From Octopus sinensis (Eukaryota), in NCBI RefSeq assembly GCF_006345805.1, contig NC_043013.1:14756001-14820000 (forward strand): a DNA stretch of 64,000 bases, in the 5' to 3' direction. Position numbers and translations under genes: made by a program. Below the pieces are notes generated by a model, which worked only from the letters and a program-made list of their open reading frames with translations, had not been told where the DNA came from and ran no database searches. Positions 23,623 through 35,324 of the stretch are shown here, piece by piece. The stretch's first letter is position 1, and the number at the start of each line of letters is the position of its first letter.

Positions 23623-24312
23623 GCTTGTTGACTGGTTGGATGAATACACAGCATTCTGTTTCCGTCAAGCCCAAGTTAGTTTCTCTTGCCGAATACCACA
23701 TGCAGTACCGATTCTTGATGCCCGGACAATGTCGAGTAACATATTGTTATATTGTAAATATAGTAAGATGGATATAAAGTCTGCAATGAAACTAAGTGAG
23801 AGTGACCACAACATGGAAGGGGGTCAGAGAGGGCCCCTCTTAGAATCGGCAGCACCAATGGGCAAAAGCTCACCCGGACAAAGCGACAACATGCTCATAC
23901 CAAATGTACTCATGATCTCGAAACACCTCAACGGTAGCTTGAATCTGTGGCAAGTCAGTTTCTCTGAGACTTCAAAGTTCTCAACTGTGATGAGTGTGGC
24001 GCACATATCTCGTGCCTGTGGCCACCGCTTCCGTACAAACTCTGCCTCTTGCCACCCTGTGCTGCCGTTACTTTTGACCACATCCCATCACAACATTCCT
24101 GAAGCAGACTCCCCCAACAACAACAACTATGGCGGGCTTGGCCAGTGTGACCGAACTTCTGGTTTTGAGTTCTGCAGTGAACTCATCTTATGGAAAGTTG
24201 ATCCAGTTGGCCCTCTCTCCAAATCAGGAGGTATTGTAGAACTGGCCAGAATCAACTCAGCTGAAATTTCAGCTTTTTCTAATGTTTCGTGGATACCAAC
24301 ATTACTTCCCAG
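23623..24312 (+). CDS. DMXL2: DMXL exon: LVDWLDEY...ELILWKVDPVGPLSKSGG...WIPTLLP
   Basis: gtgcag|G...CCCAG|gtaaat; 690 nt, phase 2 to 2. Confidence 0.96.
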
Positions 24313-24405
24313 GTAAATATGCTTACATTTCTCTCTCGTTATCCCTCTTTCTTTCAAACGTATGTAGAAGATCAAAAAGGCCTGTGCTAGAAACATTATT
24401 ATTAA

Positions 24406-24625
24406 CCCTTTCGTTACCGTATTTCTGTTGAGATGCTCTGTGCTTCTTTCAATTACTTTAAATATAAGAAAGAATTTAGTAAAATAACTTAGTTATCATT
24501 CAGCTAGAGTTAGGAACATAAATTGTGACTAAGGTTTGGTGGAAAATTTTAATTCAAAACTTATAAAAACAAGACATTTGTACTCAGAGCCAGAGCCAGT
24601 TTCAGCCAGGTTGGTAATGAAAGGG
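24406..24625. mobile_element. piggyBac-like MITE family A
   Basis: TTAA|CCCTTTCGTTACC...GGTAATGAAAGGG|TTAA, 220 bp. Confidence 0.85.
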
Positions 24626-24825
24626 TTAAGGTGGTGAGCTGGCAGATTTGTTAGCTCACTGAGCAGAATGCTTAGCAGTATTTCATTTGTCTTTACATTC
24701 CAAGTTCAGATTCTGCCCAGGTCAACTTTACCTTTCATGGTCAGTAAGTACCAGTTGCCCACTGGGGTTGATATAATTAACTAGCTTCCTCCCCTAAAAT
24801 TTCAGGCCTTGTGCCTTTGGTAGAA

Positions 24826-24856
<31 letters not shown>

Positions 24857-25339
24857 TATTATTATTATCATGGCAGTAAGATGGCAGAGTTGTTAGTGTT
24901 GGAAAGAAGTACCTTGCAGCATACCTTCCAGTTCTTTACATTCTGAGTTCAAATCTTGTTGAGCTCAATATCACTTTTCATCATTTTGGGATTAAATAAA
25001 GTACCAGTCAAGTACTGGCATCAATGGTTTTGACTAACCCCTCCCCTCAAAATTACAGGCTTTGTGCTTAAATCAAAAACAGCTATCGGCATTATTTATC
25101 TATTATTTATCTAAGGCAGCACACTAGACAAAATGTTTTGCTGCATTTTCCCTATCTCATCAATCTAAGTTCAAATCCTGCCAAGGTCAACTTGGGCTTT
25201 TATCCTTTCAGAGTCAATAAAATAAGTATCAGTTGAGTACTGGGGTCAGTGTAATCGACTATCCCCCTCCCCTCAAAATTTCAGGCCTCGTGACTATGGA
25301 AGAAAGGACTAATTATGTACACATTTGTATTTTTTGTAG

Positions 25340-25472
25340 TAATACACTTGGTGGCTTCAGCAACTCACCTAGTGCCCTCTTTGTAGCATCTGACGGTGAA
25401 AGCCTACGAATGTACCAAGCTGTTATCGATGCACGATCGATGTTGATCGAATCCCATGTCCCAAAGAAAACT
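25340..25472 (+). CDS. DMXL2: DMXL exon: NTLGGFSNSPSALFVASDGESLRMYQAVIDAR...
   Basis: ttttgtag|T...ACT|gtaagt; 133 nt, phase 2 to 0. Confidence 0.95.
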
Positions 25473-25900
25473 GTAAGTATCTCTTATGAAACAATTTATT
25501 CTATTCTATTGGTCCAATATTTTAGTGTTTATAAAGAAGATAGGAACTAATCTGTTTCGTGTGTTAACACTATGTCTGTTGAAATCAAATATACAGTAAT
25601 GCCTACATATACGAATTAATTTGTTCCCAGAGACTGCTTGTAAAGCAGAAACTCATAAGGCACAACAATAATTTCTCATAGTAGCAATGTTATAAATTGC
25701 AATTCGTTCCCAGAAAAATATTTAACTTATAAAATTTATAATACTCGTAAATAAATGGCAATAAAATAACAATAGAATTTAAAGAATATTTTCTGTAAAG
25801 TAAAAAGAATGTCAAGATCATTTATAGTAAAAAATATTATTATAATCATCATCATTGTTTAACGTTCGCTTTCCATGCTAGCATGGGTTGGACAATAACG

Positions 25901-25943
25901 TTCCCATGCTGGGAACGAACCCGGGCCACCTGGGTGAAAGCCG
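25901..25943 (-). pseudogene. 3' half of a tRNA-Glu(TTC)-like sequence (pseudogene fragment)
   Basis: Minus strand CGGCTTTCACCCAGGTGGCCCGGGTTCGTTCCCAGCATGGGAA matches the anticodon arm, T arm and acceptor 3' strand of recalled metazoan tRNA-Glu; the 5' half is missing and the T loop is one nt short. Confidence 0.7.
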
Positions 25944-26934
25944 TTTTCTAAATCATTTTCACTAACATTAGACTTGAGCACACCATCACTTATAGACATG
26001 ATTACTCATTCACAAGCATTCATAGACGGACTTGTAGATTTCTTTTTAAAGAACAAGTTTAGAGTTGTTTCCATAGAAGCAATTTTATGCTGTCATTTTA
26101 CTCTGGCATTATATTGAGCTGTGTGGGTGTGTCAGAACCAGTGTTGCCACATGTTGCAATGTTGCCACACACACAAAATGGCTGTTTAACCATTTTATAT
26201 TTATCATAGAATTAACTTGTAAACCTGGGGGTCTCATAAAATGGGTCCTCATAAGGTGAGGTATTACTGTATTCTTAACAAAATTTTAAACAATATCATT
26301 ATTATTCCTTTTTGTTGAAAAATGGTTTTGTCCTTTTTTGTGTTAAAGCATTGGTAGACTTTGTGTGTTGAGGGAACTAAATTAGGAACCACATGAGCCA
26401 TATTTCCAGCTGGCCAAGTACTGAGTCACTTTGTTTCTGACAGTGGTGGGGAGAAGAGAGTTTCCATGACTCAGTGGAATTATTTTACTTGAAGAATACC
26501 AGTTCTTCATTGATGCTCATGTCTTTGACTGATATATTTAAGCAAAATATATTCACACACATACACATATATATACACACACAGATAGCACCCAGTACAG
26601 TCTGTAAAATGGTTGGCATTAGGAAGGGGATCCAATCATAGAAACTTTGCCAAAACAGGCAACTGGGGCCAGGTGGCCAGCCCTTGTCAAACCACCCAAC
26701 CCATGCCAGCATGGAAAACAGATGTTAAATGATGATGATGGTGATTCACATACACACGAAGTGGGTTCCTGCACAGTTTTTGCCTCCAAAATTCCACTCA
26801 CAAGGTATTGGTCTACTTGAGACAATAATAAAAGACAATTTGCCCAAGCTATTGAACTGTGGCATCAAGCCCAAAATCATGTGGTTGCAAAAGCAACCTC
26901 CTTAGCCTCACAGGCAGTTCTCCTTTGATCACCT

Positions 26935-27295
26935 CTGTCTCTGTGCGACACCAGTGCAGAATCACCTCCCTCTGGCAAGTCATCCTAACGAGACGCCTGC
27001 GTTGGCTGGGTCAAGCCCTCCGTTGTCAACCAGGAGAATTCATCTACAAAGCAATTGCCCCAGCTCCCCTTCAGGGTTGACGAAAGCGTTGACAATAAAA
27101 AACCTGGCTGATGATGGTCAAGGCTGATCTAGAACCCAACCTCGGACCCCATATCTACGGCGTTTGCCACTGGAATAAGGAGTGGTTGGAGATCACGCGG
27201 TCGTTAGCCTCAAATCGCCAGGCCTGGTCGGCGTTTGTGAGAGTTGCAGCATTGATGATAAATGAAGCCAGCTCAACCCACCCCAGGTGAATGCT
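26935..27295 (+). mobile_element. RTE-like LINE 3' end fragment
   Basis: RRLRWLGQALR...KTWLMMVKADLE...WNKEWLEITRSLASNRQAW; contains stops. Confidence 0.8.
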
Positions 27296-27434
27296 AGAAG
27301 AAGAAGAAGAACCAGTTCTGTATAGATACAACACCACCACCAACCTCCCACCCACCCACCATACCATGTAAATGATTAAGATTTCAGTTCACGACAGTAG
27401 TTGGTGATAAAGGATTATCTTTGTTTTATCGCAG

Positions 27435-27593
27435 TGGCTGGAGAGTCAGTCCAGCAGTATGGATACCCATGTAGAAGAGGAAGAAGAAACAACACAGACA
27501 TCAGTGAATGATATTTTCAATATAGTCAGTCTACAGTCCACTGCCCACCCTGGCTGTATCATACAGCTTGAAAGTATTGTCGATGCCAAACAG
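27435..27593 (+). CDS. DMXL2: DMXL exon: ...IFNIVSLQSTAHPGCIIQLESI...
   Basis: tcgcag|TGG...CAG|gtaagc; 159 nt, phase 0 to 0. Confidence 0.93.
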
Positions 27594-27743
27594 GTAAGCC
27601 ATGAGATGATGCTGGGTATGTCCTCTCTCTGTTTTTATCTATTTATCTGACTGACATACCTGTTAGATTTATTATTATTACAGAAGTAATGTGGGTTACC
27701 TATGTCATGTATTGTTTTTCAATTATTACACTAATCACTTTAA

Positions 27744-27963
27744 CCCTTTGGTGTTCAAATTTCTCTATTAAATGTAATTCTTTTTCACTCAAATTGTTTT
27801 TAATTAATCATGCATTATGTTATAGCTTTGAGGTTTCAATGATATGATTGTTTATTTTTACAATGTCACTGTAGGTTAGGTGTGAGAGGCTAGATATGGC
27901 CAGGTTGGATATAAAACATGTAGAATATTTGGGCTGGATATGGCCGGTTTAAACACTAAAGGG
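27744..27963. mobile_element. piggyBac-like MITE family B (reverse orientation to 7249)
   Basis: TTAA|CCCTTTGG...CTAAAGGG|TTAA, 220 bp. Confidence 0.8.
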
Positions 27964-28017
27964 TTAATGTTTTAATTGAATAACCTTAATCTTTTTTTCC
28001 CTAATTTTGTTCTTCAG

Positions 28018-28243
28018 GACTGGCAGGAGACTCAACTACTGCATGTCTTTCAAGAACAGTTGCTCACTGGCAAAGTTCCTATTGATTCCACAATGGAAAA
28101 CTTGGAAGCTTTTGTGGATCTTAGGAACTTGGCTTCATTTGAAGAGCATTTCTACTTGGTTCTTTTGGAAAAGTCTAAACATGGTGGATCAGTGCTACAT
28201 ATGTGGAAGATCACCATTGCATCTCACTCGGCAAATGAAAGCA
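28018..28243 (+). CDS. DMXL2: DMXL exon: DWQETQLLHVFQE...FYLVLLEK...LHMWKI
   Basis: cttcag|GAC...AGCA|gtaagt; 226 nt, phase 0 to 1. Confidence 0.94.
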
Positions 28244-28581
28244 GTAAGTATTACCCAACTTCATCATTTTTTCCCTTTTTCTTCCTCATCTTCTTGTAAT
28301 GTTTAATCAAAAAGCATGGCTATATGTTTTAGAAGTTTGATTTGCAATTGCGTTCTTCTGGGTTCAAAGATTCCTTAGGCAAGTGTTTTCTATCTGAGCC
28401 ACAGATTGACCAGTGACTTCTGAATGAAATTTGGTCACTGGAATCTGTGCAGAAGCTTCACATGATCATGAATGTATGTGAGTATGTATGAGGGAGTGCT
28501 GAAAAGTTTCTGGCTTTGGGTAAAAGAAAATACAGGAGAATGAGTTATGATTTTATTTAACATATTCCCCTTTTGGATTCA

Positions 28582-28968
28582 CTGGCACTTGTGCCCATGC
28601 TAGTAGGGTGCCAAGAGCACCATCCGAGCATGATCGTTGCTAGAGCAGCCAACTGGATTCTGTGCCAGTGGCACATAAAAGGCACCATTTGAGCATGATC
28701 ATTACCAACGTCGCCTTACTGGCACCTGTGCTGGTGGCATGTGTAAAAAGATTTGAGCGAGGTTGTTGCCAGTACCACCTGACTGGCACATAAAAGCACC
28801 CACTACACTCTCGGAGTGGTTGGCATTAGGAAGGGCATCCAGCTGTAGAAACTCTGCCAAATCAAGATTGGAGCCTGGTGCAGCCATCTGGTTTGCCAGC
28901 CCTCAGTCAAAATTGTCTAACCCATGCTAGCATGGAAAGCGGACGTTAAACAATGATGATGATGATTA
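28582..28968 (+). mobile_element. Retroposon family 3 with (GAT)n tail
   Basis: Conserved GGTTGGCRTTAGGAAGGGCATCCAGCTGTAGAAA...CCATGCTAGCATGGAAAGCGGACGTTAAAC(GAT)n. Other + copies at ~26585, 29655, 30935, 32030, 40717 and 50530; - copies at ~2156, 2872, 3415, 6146, 11921, 12325, 18975 and 59465. Confidence 0.85.
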
Positions 28969-30210
28969 CAACAGTCCTTCAATTTTTCTATGCCCTGTAA
29001 AAGAACTTGGAAGATTGGGCCTCCAAACAAGTCTTTCACAAAACCCTTAAAGCCGGGAAATTTTCAGCACCCCCTCATTTGTATATGTACATATATGAGT
29101 GTATATGTTTGTCATATACATATTGCAAAGTGGTTAGCATTATGAATGGTATCTAAACATGGTGGATCAGTGCTACATAAATATATATATTAGTTACAAG
29201 GTAGTGTAATCTGAAAAGATCTTGGTACAGGAAGTCAGTAAGCATCAAGCATGCACACAGCTAGTATGGTTGACAAAAAATAGACAGTGCGATAAACAAA
29301 CTTTACTTACTGTCGTATCTCATACACTTGAAAATAAGATGACAGTCACCATACAACTCACAGTTTAACAACAAAAATTACTGGATGTGTGAATAAAATC
29401 CAAATGTAAGAATGGTAAAGGTAAATAAAGACTATATATGTTTCCTAACTAAGCTTAATGTTACATAATTTGCAACATGTACAAAAACCTATTTGCTAAT
29501 CCTCATGTCAGATTACCTCCAAGTTGTTTACATCATCACATACAGGAGAGTGAATTCACAAGTTATGTAATACATTAAGTTTAGCTACAAAACATACCTA
29601 GCCTTTACCTTTTCCATTCCTTACATTCTTTGATGTAAATTGATCAAAAATCAATGGTACGTAAAAGAACCATCCGAACATGGTCGTTGCCAGCGCTGCC
29701 TTGACTGGCCACCGTGCCGGTGGCACGTAAAAAGTACCAACCAATCATGGCCGTTGCCAGCCTCACCTGGTACATGTGCTGGTGGCACATAAAAAGCACC
29801 CACTACACTCACGGAGTGGTTGGCGTTAGGAAGGGCATCCAGCTGTAGAAACACTGCCAGATCAGACTGGGCCTGGTGCAGCCTCCTGGCTTCCCAGACC
29901 CAGTCGCACCGTGCAACCCATGCTAGCATGGAAAGCAGACGTTAAATGATGATGATGTCTTTGTGTTTGTCACCACTTGACAACAAGTGTTGGTTTGTTT
30001 ATTCTCCCATCACTTAGTGGTTCAGTGAAAGAGACCAATAGAATAAGTGCTAAGCTTAAAGGTAAGTATTGGGGTCAATTTGTTTGACAAAAGACTGAAA
30101 CAAATAAAGATCATTCAAAAATCAATTGAAACGGACAATATATTTGATTAGAAACATATGGTCATGAAATGGTTAAACCAACGAATGAGACTGTGCTGTC
30201 TTGCAATTTA

Positions 30211-30581
30211 CTAGCACTGTGACCCGGCAACGCTGGGTCATACTGCTAGTGCATGCATATACAGCTGCGTGCATGCGCACATACACGCAAGTACTGTCCA
30301 AATCTCTGACCAGTCACATACAGCTAACTGGCATTCAATTGGCGTATCAAGTTTTGGGCATTTTGATTGGGTTTTGGATAGAAAATTCACAAAAAAGTCA
30401 CTTCTATTGATTTTTTTAATGGCTTTGCGGAGTGACTGGGGAAATGTAAAGATGTACACAACCACCCTTGGACGGTTTTGAATGACCATAGAAAGTGTGA
30501 GCCCTCTAACTGAAAAATTGTGGTTCTGTATAAAGGACACACACACAGACAGACATTTTGCCGTTTATATATATATAGAGA
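30211..30581 (-). mobile_element. Complete non-autonomous Helitron-type element (371 bp)
   Basis: Minus strand A|TC...(CTGT)n...hairpin GTATGACCCAG-CGTTG-CCGGGTCACAG...CTAG|T; AT target site, no TSD. Confidence 0.8.
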
Positions 30582-30608
30582 TTAATGATTGTAACCTTTA
30601 CCCAACAG

Positions 30609-30760
30609 AGACTCCCAGCCACATGGAACAACAGCACAGAGAACAAAGTTTTGTCAATTCCTTTGATGTCGACTCCAACGAAGAGGAAGAGGAAGACTCT
30701 ACTGGCGAACCATTCAGCAAGTCACTTGTCAGTGTGAAAATCTCTTATTCCACAGCTAAG
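30609..30760 (+). CDS. DMXL2: DMXL exon: acidic linker ...KSLVSVKISYSTAK
   Basis: caacag|AG...AAG|gtactt; 152 nt, phase 1 to 0; required for the phase chain. Confidence 0.83.
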
Positions 30761-31331
30761 GTACTTCAGCACTCAATCGTTATTGACCTCATTTCCATCT
30801 TTGTTATTGGATGTATTCTTCTTGTTTTCCTGTTTTCTATTTTGAGGCCTACTTACCACTAATACACGTAGTTGTATATTTCCTATAGATGCAAAATGAA
30901 TGTTTGCATGTATGAAAAATACCTGTGTTGTTGCTATATAAAAAGCACTCAGTACATTCCGTTGAGTGGTTGGCTTTAGGAAGGGCAACCAACTGTAGAA
31001 ACTGTACCATAACAGATGAGTGGAGCCTGATGCAGCAACTCTGGCTTACCAGCTCCTGTCAAAATGTCCAAACCATGTCAGCATGGAAAACTGATGATGA
31101 TATATAGGCATAGGTGTGGCTGTGTGGTAAGAAGCTTGCTTCTCAACCACATGGTTCCGAGTTCAGTACCATTGTGTGGAACTTTAGGCAAATGTCTTCT
31201 ACTATAGCCTCAGGCTGACCAAAGTCTTGTGAGAGAATTTGCCAGATGGAAACTGAAAGAAGCCCATCATGTGTATATATATACACACACCACACACACA
31301 CCACACACACACACGCACACGCACATATTTG

Positions 31332-31368
<37 letters not shown>

Positions 31369-31446
31369 ATAAATATTAGGGAATAAATCCAAATTTACAG
31401 GGAAAAAATCAGATTTAGGATTAAATCCAATTTTATAGTAAAATAT

Positions 31447-31577
31447 TATAAAATATTATTAGAGACAAAACCACTATTTTGCAAAACAAACAAGGAAAGA
31501 CTTAATCAATACATAAAATTTTGTCTTTCCTTGTTTGTTTTGCAAAATAGTGGTTTTGTCTCTAATAATATTTTATA
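31447..31577. repeat. Perfect inverted repeat, 55-bp arms, 21-nt loop
   Basis: 31447-31501 is the exact reverse complement of 31523-31577. Confidence 0.95.
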
Positions 31578-32394
31578 TATATATATATATAAAGCTAAAG
31601 TTGTCTGTGTGTGTGTGTGTGTAGCATGTTTGGTAACCTTCAACTAACACTATCTCCTCTGAGACCCTGCGGCACAAGTTGACCAAAATTGAGAGTATGA
31701 TAGAAGAAGGCTTGCTCTTCAAGTATAGGGTGTCTTGTGGTATGGATTTGGGAGTTATTTCTAACAGGTTGAGGACCTTATAGAAGCTCCCTCCTTTCCT
31801 CATCATTATCTGCTTATTTCTGGCCATGTTCTTGTGACCTCTGTCTCCCTCTCACTGTCTTGCTTCCTCTTTCTCTCTCTCGGTCAGGTAACCATGTACC
31901 TCCTCTATAGCAAGACACTTGTTTCTGCCTCTCTGTCTCTCTCTAATTTTTCATCATCTAACACGAGATCACCTCCTCCAATGCCTCCTCCCCTCTCAAA
32001 AATTCCTTGTCTTGCAAGTTACTTGGTGACCCTACCAGTGCTGGTGCCATGTAAAAAGCATCCAGTCCACAGTGTAAAGTGGTTGGCATTTGGAAGGGCA
32101 TCCAGCTGTAAAACCCAAGCCAGAACTGACCTCGCCTGTGCTGGTACCATGTAAAAGGTACTCGGTCCACTCTGTACTGTGGTTGGTGTTAGGAAGGGCA
32201 TCCAACCATAAGACTATACCAAAACAGACACAGTAGTCTGGCGTAGTCTTCTACCTGGCCAGCTCCTGTCGAGCCATCCAACCTGTCCCAGCATGGAAGA
32301 TGGATGTTAAATGATGATGATGTCTAGACCTGAAATAAAATGGCTGATGTTTTTGTTGTTGATTTTGTACTTTTCTTTTCTTGCCTCTCTTTAG

Positions 32395-32782
32395 GTGTGT
32401 ACTCAACAACTCCCGCTACCAAGCAATGTCGAGGTGATCTGCGCAACAACCGCAGCTGGCCATCTAAGCTCTGCTTCAATCTACCCTGCATGTTTGGCCC
32501 CTTACCTCATTGTAACGGCCTGTTCCAACAAATCTGTATATTTTTGGCGCTGTGAAATGGAATCGGTGGAGCCTTACGTCTCTGTAGGTGGCATCGACCC
32601 CCTCGACGACTATCTGACAACCAGCATCACCAGCTTTGAGATGGCCATCGACGACAGACGAGGCTTTAATAAACCTACCTATAAGACACATGTCAAGTCT
32701 GTTGCCCTCAATTCACGATACCAGTGGCAACAGTGGTTCATGAATAATCGGATGAAAAAATCAAGTTCTATATCAATCCCAG
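32395..32782 (+). CDS. DMXL2: DMXL exon: VCTQQLPLP...AGHLSSASIYPACLAPYLIVTAC...
   Basis: ctttag|GTG...CCAG|gtgaga; 388 nt, phase 0 to 1. Confidence 0.95.
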
Positions 32783-33780
32783 GTGAGATATATATTGTCT
32801 TAATTATTTTACTTCGCCTCATTGTATTCAGGTCAATGTAAAATAAAGAAATGAGCAGTACCATTGGTTGGTTTTGCTAAGCTCTTTCTTTTTTATTATT
32901 TTTGGTTTTACTCGTCAGACAAAATGCTTAGCAGCATTTCTTCAGGGTTTCCATTCTGAGTTCAAATACTGCCAAGGTAGACTGTGCCTTTCATCTTTCA
33001 GGGTCAACAAAATAAGTACCACTTGAGCACTTGGTCAGTGTAATCAACTTCTCCACCTTTCAAAATTATTATCATCACCACCATCAATAAAAAAATAATT
33101 ATGATTTCAAATTTTGGCACAAGGCCAGCAACTTCAGGGGAAGGGGTAAGTCGATTATGTCAACCCCAGTGCTCAACTGGTACTTATTTTATCAACCTTG
33201 AAAGGATTTAAAGCAAAGTCAACCTTGGTGGAATTTGAACTCACAACATAAAGACAGACAAAATACTGCTAAGCATTTTGCCCTGCATGCTTATGATCCT
33301 GCCAATTAGAATTTTGGCACAAGGCCAGCAATTTTAGAAGGGGACAATCAATTACATTGACCCCAGAGTTCAACTGCTACCTATTTTATTGACCCTGTTA
33401 AGATGAAAGGCAATGTCATCCTCAGCAGAATTTGAACCTAGAAGATGAATTAAATGCCCTTAAGCATTTTGTATGGCATGAATAATAGATAATAAGGCAG
33501 CAAACTAGCAGAACTGTTAGCATGCTGGACAAGAGGTTTTGCAGCATTCCTTCTGGCTGTTTACATTCTGAGTTCAAATCCCACTGTGGTCAACTTTGCC
33601 TTTCATCCTTTTGGGGCCACTAAAATAAAGTACCAGTCAAGTACAGGAGTTGATGTAATCAGCTTGACTCCTCCCCACTAAAATTGCTGACCTTGTGCCA
33701 AAATTTGATGCCGTTATCATTATTATTACAAAGCATTGTCATTATTATTACAATTATTATTATTGTTCTTGTTCATTCAG

Positions 33781-33921
33781 GGAAGCCCATCACAGTCTGT
33801 TGCGCTTACAGTGGGAGACTAGCTGTGGCATATCGCTTTGGTGGAATACGCACCGCATTAGACCAACCCAACAATGTGTTTGTCAACTTATGTGTAGCAA
33901 TATATGAATGTGAATCAACAG
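33781..33921 (+). CDS. DMXL2: DMXL exon: GKPITVCCAYSGRLAVAY...IYECEST
   Basis: attcag|GG...ACAG|gtaaat; 141 nt, phase 1 to 1. Confidence 0.95.
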
Positions 33922-34955
33922 GTAAATTTTGTTTTTGTCTTCATGCCTCACTAGTTTACCCATGTAATTATTTCATCTCTACCCTCACACTGTTTCTATT
34001 GTTTGCTGTTGTTTCGCCTCATGTCTCTTCTGTCGGGTAGAGCAAAAAGTACTAGTGAACTTGTTATCATAGTTTTGATATTCACTCATCCATGCTCACC
34101 ACACAAGTCTGACAAAATTTGTTGAGGCAAACTTTCTAGAGTCAGATGCCTTTCCTGTCACCAACTCTCACTTGTTGCCAAGTAAGGTAATATTTCACCG
34201 TGGTCAGACATGTTTTTGCAGAAGATTGGTTGTGAAGGACACTGCTTGCTTGATGGTGATTCTGATGTACAACTGTCATACAGTGTCAAGGCAAGGATAC
34301 AATAACACACACACACTCACAACATACAACAAGCTTCTTTCAGACACCTAAATGATGATGATGAAGGCTTTGATCAACCCAAGGCTACAGTACAAGACAC
34401 TTACTCAAGGTGCCATGCAGTGGGACTGAACCTAAAGCCATGTGGTCAGGAAGCAAACTTTTGTACCACACAGTCATGTCCATGACATGCAGAAGTAAAA
34501 ATCTCTACTACAAAACTTAGCTGTAGTTTAAAAGTAAGTCTGCAAGAAATAAATATTCCCAGGAATGTGGCATGAGTGGATTCAAAGATTCTGTCCTGTG
34601 TTGCCTTACATAAATTATAAAATTTTGCTCAGTTTTACTTCAGGTCCTCAATTTTAAATCCATGAACTTGAATTGAATTTAAAGATAAGATTTATAATCA
34701 CAATAAACCCAAGTCTGTTTTCCTATCAACCAGCCTGAGACCATCCCCATTTATTTGGTACAAATTACCTGTGATTTGAATTAAAACCTTCCATCAAAAT
34801 TCCATGCTAATTTATGATCCAAATATCAAATTGATAATGACAGTTATTTTGCTAAATGCTTCGTTATTTTCAAAATTAGTTGAAACAGTTAGTGTCTTTC
34901 AACAGAAATATGGTAACACAAGAGTTACACTTCATTTTGCTTTAAATAATTTTAA

Positions 34956-35176
34956 CCCTTTCGTTACCAACCCGGCTGAAACCGGCTCTTGCTCTGAGTA
35001 CAAATGTCTTGTTTCCATAAGTTTTGAATTAAAATCTTCCACCAAATCTTAAGTCACAATTTATGTTCCTAACGCTAACTGAATGATAACTAAGTTATTC
35101 TACTAAATTCTTTGTTATATTTAAAGTAATTGAAAGAAACACAGAGAATCTCAAAATAAATACAGTAATGAAAGGG
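34956..35176. mobile_element. piggyBac-like MITE family A (reverse orientation to 24406)
   Basis: TTAA-flanked, CCCTTTCGTTACC terminus, 221 bp. Confidence 0.85.
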
Positions 35177-35324
35177 TTAAGCAAATTATTGTAAGCAAAT
35201 ATATTAGTATAAAATCTGTATTTTATTTGGAAAATGTTTTTTTTTTTTTGTATTTAAAAGACGCATCAAAATCTGTTCTCTCTTTCCTTTTCAAAACTTC
35301 CTTTATCTTTCTTTTTTTTTGCAG

